32,000 bases of DNA from Candidatus Methanoperedens sp. (GTDB lineage Archaea; Halobacteriota; Methanosarcinia; Methanosarcinales; Methanoperedenaceae): positions 91,072-123,071 of the forward strand of contig JAPZAR010000031.1 in assembly GCA_027460535.1 (NCBI GenBank), given 5' to 3'. This document shows positions 28,677-32,000 of this stretch, piece after piece. Position 1 is the first letter of the stretch, and the number at the start of each line of letters is the position of its first letter. The notes beneath the pieces were generated by a model, which did not search any database, was not told the origin of the DNA, and saw only the letters and a program-made list of their open reading frames with translations. A program made the position numbers and the translations under genes.

Positions 28677-29101
28677 TGAGATATCAGTTTGAACAGTGCA
28701 TTGACAAAGGTAAGATAGTAAAAATCGAAATAGCCTCTGATCTAATATCTAAAGAGATCGATGAGGCAAAAAACGATCTTAATTCATGCGAGAGATCCAT
28801 ACAGGAAAGTAACTTCAAATGGGCGATAATCCAGGCATATTATTCCATGTTTCACTCATTTAGAGCCCTTATTTTCAGCAAAGGCTATAGAGAAAAAAGC
28901 CACACTTGCATAAAATACGCAATAGAATCTCTTTTTGTGGACACAGGCGCTCTGGATAACCAGCTCTTACAGGACTTTAGCTATGCCATGAAGGTCCGGG
29001 AAGGAGCGGATTATGGAAGTGTATATGGTAAAGACTCTGCGCTGGAATTGCAGATCTCAGCAGGTAGAATATACGAAGTAGCTAAAAGGTTAATTTCATA
29101 G
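28676..29101 (+). CDS. HEPN-domain protein (toxin-type partner of MNT)
   Basis: 141 aa with AIIQAYYSMFHSFRALIFSKGYREKSH...KVREGADYG, a HEPN helical pattern. TAATG overlap with the MNT gene. Its TAG stop lies inside the resumed repeat (CATAGCCC). Confidence 0.85.
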   Translation: MRYQFEQCIDKGKIVKIEIASDLISKEIDEAKNDLNSCERSIQESNFKWAIIQAYYSMFHSFRALIFSKGYREKSHTCIKYAIESLFVDTGALDNQLLQDFSYAMKVREGADYGSVYGKDSALELQISAGRIYEVAKRLIS

Positions 29102-29245
29102 CCCTTCATATCCAGTAGCCCCATCACCCCATCCCTCTCGCCAGCCATCTTGAATCTATAGCAGGACTGCCGCCCAATTGCACGCTCGAAGCCTGACCCG
29201 CGAGAGGTTGTGGAGGCGGTGGTGAGTGGGGTGCTTGAGGAAGAA
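29097..29245 (+). repeat. 5'-truncated repeat body (B 3' part) + tail variant T3 + degenerate P
   Basis: CATAGCCCTTCATATCCAGTAGCCCCATCACCCCATCCCTCTCGCCAGCCATCTTGAATCTATAGCAGGACTGCCGCCCAA is followed by GCTCGAAGCCTGAC...CGAGAGGTTGTGGAGGCGGTGG. The second part recurs at 29754-29803. Confidence 0.8.
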
Positions 29246-29321
29246 TCGCATAATGAGAATATCAAATGAAAATAAAGAAAACATATATACGATATTAGTA
29301 ATCTATTAAAATTGCATTAAT

Positions 29322-29540
29322 ATGGTAAAAGCGATAGTGAATATAAACGAAAGAGCCAACAGGGTATTAAATATAGTAAAAGCAAAACATGGTTTGAAAA
29401 CCAAATCTGAAGCTATTAATAAAGTGGTAAGTGAGTATGGAAAATCACTTCTTGAACCTGAACTGGATATTCTCAAAACTTGCAAAGAGAGATCCGAAAA
29501 AGATGCGGATGATCGAGAAAAAGATAAAACAGATTTGTGA
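29322..29540 (+). CDS. Archaeal antitoxin-like protein (DUF2683-like by recollection)
   Basis: 72 aa. MVKAIVNINERANRVLNIVKAKHGLKTKSEAINKVVSEYGKSLLEPEL fits a family usually found upstream of archaeal RelE-type toxins. Confidence 0.65.
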   Translation: MVKAIVNINERANRVLNIVKAKHGLKTKSEAINKVVSEYGKSLLEPELDILKTCKERSEKDADDREKDKTDL

Positions 29541-29694
29541 AAAACCTCTGCATTTCAAACCCTTAAGAGCGCCGATGCAGCATTTGCGAAGAGTCCATAT
29601 TGATAAAAGCTTTGTCTTAACCTATTCAGTCAATGAGAAAAATAAAGTTGTGGTAATAGAAGATTACGATCACCATGATAAAATCTATTTATAG
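29437..29694 (+). CDS. RelE/ParE-superfamily toxin
   Basis: 85 aa from MENHFLNLNWIFSKLAKRDPKK...HFKPLRAPMQHLRRVHIDKSFVLTYSVNEKNKVVVIEDYDHHDKIY, a typical archaeal RelE pattern. It overlaps the antitoxin ORF out of frame by 104 nt. Confidence 0.8.
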   Translation: MENHFLNLNWIFSKLAKRDPKKMRMIEKKIKQICEKPLHFKPLRAPMQHLRRVHIDKSFVLTYSVNEKNKVVVIEDYDHHDKIYL

Positions 29695-29749
29695 TAATTT
29701 TTATTTTACAGCACCGCATCGCCGCCAGACCAGCTCGTGCCCCTCTGCG

Positions 29750-29878
29750 ATAAGCTCGAAGCCGGACTCCTGCGCTCGCAGGCGGACAGCGAGAGGTTGA
29801 TGGAGGCGGTTGGAGGATGCTGGCGGGGCTTCGGGAACATATCGGCGCAGGGAGTTTAATATTTTTGAAGTGATATAA
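29750..29878 (+). repeat. Tail variant T3 + promoter-like P module
   Basis: GCTCGAAGCCGGAC...CGAGAGGTTGATGGAGGCGGTTGG is followed by GCTTCGGGAACATATCGGCGCagggagTTTAATATTTTTGAAGTGATATA. Confidence 0.8.
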
Positions 29879-29917
29879 GATGTGATAGAACACGGAGCGC
29901 ACTGATAACACAGAGTG

Positions 29918-29968
29918 GCATGGATTAAAATTATCCGTGCGTATCCGTTAAATCCGTGTCATCCGCGT
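29918..29968. repeat. ATCCG phased-decamer hairpin element
   Basis: GCATGGAT-taaaatt-ATCCGTGC forms an 8-bp stem including one G-T pair. It is followed by tandem ~10-nt units: ATCCGTGCGT, ATCCGTTAA, ATCCGTGTC, ATCCGCG. Confidence 0.6.
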
Positions 29969-30136
29969 TCCATTCTTCGAACCGCCTCCCCCCACAAAAA
30001 GAAGCAATAACCGTTTCCCCGCCCCCCATCGCCGCCGCCTGCCCCGCGCCATCGCCAGCACTATCCCTCATCGGATAGCTCTCAACCGGAGTTCGCTGTT
30101 GATTCTGAGTAAACGCGCTGTCCCATAGGCCGTGAG

Positions 30137-30189
30137 GCTGCTTCGGGAACATATCGGCGCCGCGAGATTAATATTTAAAGAGAGATAAA
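30137..30189 (+). repeat. Promoter-like P module (variant)
   Basis: GCTGCTTCGGGAACATATCGGCGCCgcgagaTTAATATTTAAAGAGAGATAAA. Confidence 0.75.
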
Positions 30190-30217
30190 TGTGCGGTGCG
30201 CAAAGGACGCGAAGCAT

Positions 30218-30387
30218 GCCCCATCACCTTATTCCTTTCGCCAGCCATCTTGAATCCATAGCAGTGCAGGACTGCCGCCCAACCGCAGGTGGATCCGAGC
30301 CGAATCTCGGTTTTGATGCGAGGTGGTTACCTGGGGCCGTATCGGCGCCGGAATTGAATATTTTCTAAGTGATATATATTTCTCCAA
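30218..30387 (+). repeat. 5'-truncated body B + tail T2 + P module
   Basis: CCCCATCACCTTATTCCTTTCGCCAGCC...GCCCAACCGCAGG is followed by TGGATCCGAGCCGAATCTCGGTTTTGATGCGAGGTGGTTACC and then GGGGCCGTATCGGCGCCggaatTGAATATTTTCTAAGTGATATATA. Confidence 0.85.
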
Positions 30388-30504
30388 GTGAACAGGGTCT
30401 TCATTCAAACTAGGGTCATAGCCCTGCATTTCCGGCAACCCCATCACCCTATTCCTCTTGCCCACCATCTTGAATCCATAGTAGGACTGTCGCCCAACCG
30501 CAGG
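30388..30504 (+). repeat. Full repeat body B (117 bp)
   Basis: GTGAACAGGGTCTTCATTCAAACTAGGGTCATAGCCC...GTCGCCCAACCGCAGG. Identical to 31884-32000. Confidence 0.9.
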
Positions 30505-30639
30505 GGTCTTCAATCAAAATTAGACCATACCCCTTCATATCCACCAGCCTATCACCCCATCCCTCTCACCGGCCATCTTGAATCTATAGCAGGACTGTCG
30601 CCCAACCGCAGGCGGATTCGGGCCGAACGGGCGGCGGGG
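30505..30639 (+). repeat. Repeat body B fused head-to-tail to the previous one, + tail T1
   Basis: The junction ...CCGCAGG|GGTCTTCAATC lacks tail, P and the GTGAACA start, and falls at the shared CAGG. The unit ends ...GCCCAACCGCAGGCGGATTCGGGCCGAACGGGCGGCGGGG. Confidence 0.85.
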
Positions 30640-30787
30640 TACGCATACATCAGATGGTTGATCTTGCTGAGGGCGAAGGCGGATTATCAGGATGGAGAAT
30701 GAGGGGAAGTTCTATCGGGATATTCTTATCGCAAAGATGAATTATGCGAAGACGAAGAGGCTCATGGAGCAAGATAATGTTTATATT

Positions 30788-31141
30788 TTACCTTATGATC
30801 CCCAACTGAAAACACAATCTATCGATTAGTTCTTCCTGTAAGCTCAAATCCTCGATTTTACCTAAATCCCTGATAAGGCGCCTTTTGTCAAGAGTCCTTA
30901 TTTGATAACATAGTGCAATGGACTCTTTCTCAAGCCCTCCGGTAGAGGCGGGGATCAAAACCTCATTCGGATAAATCCTCCTTTCTTGTTTTCTTGATGT
31001 TATCGGAATAACGTTCACGACCGGTAGTATCTGATTTATCTCTTCCTCGCTTATTACAATGACGGGACGTATCTTCCCCTGCTCAGAACCAATAACGGGA
31101 TCTAGATTTACCAAAAATATATGCCATTTATACTGCATCAT
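30788..31141 (-). CDS. mazF: MazF/PemK-family toxin endoribonuclease
   Basis: 117 aa with IFLVNLDPVIGSEQGKIRPVIVIS...VIPITSRKQERRIYPNEVLI...ALCYQIRTLDKRRL, the classic PemK/MazF pattern. Confidence 0.92.
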   Translation of the reverse strand: MMQYKWHIFLVNLDPVIGSEQGKIRPVIVISEEEINQILPVVNVIPITSRKQERRIYPNEVLIPASTGGLEKESIALCYQIRTLDKRRLIRDLGKIEDLSLQEELIDRLCFQLGIIR

Positions 31142-31376
31142 CTAATCCTTCTAGATCAATCGATTTGAAATCTTCAGATATTTCTTCCATATCTTCGAGG
31201 AACAGTTTGTCTTTTGCAGCGTTCTTCAATTCACGGATTCTTTCTCTGAAGCTATCCTGCTTTTTCTTCATAATCAAAATTACCTCAACTGTCTCATTTT
31301 CAGGGAATTCCCTAGGGACTTTGATCTTTATTTCATGGTTCTTTGGTATCTTGATAATCTGTTTGACTGCTTCCAT
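31128..31376 (-). CDS. Putative cognate antitoxin (MazE/AbrB-like by position)
   Basis: 82 aa with an acidic C-terminus. 14-nt overlap with mazF. I do not securely recognise the fold. Confidence 0.6.
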   Translation of the reverse strand: MEAVKQIIKIPKNHEIKIKVPREFPENETVEVILIMKKKQDSFRERIRELKNAAKDKLFLEDMEEISEDFKSIDLEGLDDAV

Positions 31377-31592
31377 GTCTTAGTCCTCTTGATTGGCATT
31401 TCAGGTGCTTTGTGGTATCTTAAACCGATGTCATAGTATTTGATACGCATTTTATACACTTAAACTTGGTTTTATAGGATATATAATCTGATGAGATACC
31501 GTGCTGAATCTACCTTGACACGAGTCTGGGACTTTTGCAAGGGAAGACTTTGGAGGAACTCTTTCTTTTCAGGATGTAATTTTGTAATGCGC

Positions 31593-31665
31593 GGTTTTTG
31601 ATGTTGTCCGGGGGCATATTGGCGCCGGAATTGAATATTTTGGAAGTTATATATGTTTCTCCACA
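31593..31665 (+). repeat. Partial tail + P module
   Basis: GGTTTTTGATGTTGTCCGGGGGCATATTGGCGCCggaatTGAATATTTTGGAAGTTATATATGTTTCTCCACA. Confidence 0.8.
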
Positions 31666-31883
31666 GTGAACAGGGTCTTCAATCAAAATAAGACATAGCC
31701 CATCACATCCAATACCCCATCACCCTATTCCTCTCGCCAGCCATCTTGAATCCATAGCAGTGCAGGACTGCCGCCCAACCGCAGGTGGATCCGAGCCGAA
31801 TCTCGGTTTTGATGCGAGGTGGTTACCTAGGGCCGTATCGGCGCCGGAATTGAATATTTTGTAAGTGATATATATTTCTCCAA
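31666..31883 (+). repeat. Complete 218-bp unit (B + T2 + P)
   Basis: GTGAACAGGGTCTTCAATCAAAATAAGACATAGCCC...CCGCAGG + TGGATCCGAGCCGAATCTCGG... + GTATCGGCGCCggaatTGAATATTTTGTAAGTGATATATATTTCTCCAA. The next unit follows directly. Confidence 0.9.
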
Positions 31884-32000
31884 GTGAACAGGGTCTTCAT
31901 TCAAACTAGGGTCATAGCCCTGCATTTCCGGCAACCCCATCACCCTATTCCTCTTGCCCACCATCTTGAATCCATAGTAGGACTGTCGCCCAACCGCAGG
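31884..32000 (+). repeat. Full repeat body B, ending exactly at the window edge (the array continues beyond)
   Basis: Identical to 30388-30504. Confidence 0.9.

Noticed and set aside
27829-30702. ORFs running through the repeats (27829-28020, 29011-29265, 29630-29911, 29931-30152, 30229-30513, 30388-30702)
   Set aside because: They exist only because the repeats are stop-poor. Copies differ by non-triplet indels, one copy has an early stop, substitutions are mostly non-synonymous, and no family motifs are present.
30218-32000. Possible CRISPR array, because of regularly recurring repeats
   Set aside because: The units are 117-218 bp, not 25-40 bp. There is no repeat-spacer periodicity, no cas genes are present, and the 'spacers' are themselves conserved modules.
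27871-32000. Canonical integron attC sites (GCCCAAC at the end of each B module fits the RYYYAAC inverse core)
   Set aside because: I found no complementary GTTRRRY core within 130 nt downstream. The nearest candidates, GTTGCCC and GTTACCT, fail the purine positions. I saw no long imperfect palindrome within a unit, and no intI is in the window. This is kept only as a loose analogy in the main finding.

Overview
By gene content this is an archaeal chromosomal window, probably Methanosarcinales/ANME-like: nifI1/nifI2, an S-layer-type surface protein, TATA-box promoters and no bacterial -10/-35 logic. It splits into two halves. The left half (1-15.7 kb) is core metabolism. It holds a divergent nitrogen regulon, with amtB-glnK on the minus strand facing nifH-nifI1-nifI2-nifD-nifK on the plus strand. 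That operon is followed by a 2x[4Fe-4S] ferredoxin, a CBS/PNPOx-like fusion protein, a class-I glutamine amidotransferase and a TauE/SafE exporter. Further right are VOC and SRPBCC proteins, two DNA-binding regulators (one Lrp+TRASH), two TusA-like proteins and a SAM methyltransferase. The right half (15.7-32 kb) is accessory. A tightly packed minus-strand defence island spans 16.86-27.41 kb. It contains a type I R-M system (hsdM-hsdS...hsdR) interrupted by an AT-rich membrane+soluble gene pair (possibly Kiwa-like), a relic hsdR N-terminus and rhuM. Upstream of it sits an uncharacterised 341-aa protein plus an HNH nuclease. From 27.8 kb to the window edge, three toxin-antitoxin modules (MNT/HEPN, RelE-type, MazEF-type) are interleaved with at least 7 copies of a modular non-coding repeat. 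Each repeat unit carries an archaeal promoter-like box, and an inverted copy lies at the other border of the island. Other signals are phased-decamer hairpin elements (one inside the nif operon), mirror-image nifH/amtB promoters and a 12-nt motif shared by three promoters. I saw no tRNA, rRNA, CRISPR array or transposase/integrase. All calls rest on reading the sequence and recalling family motifs; no database search was run.
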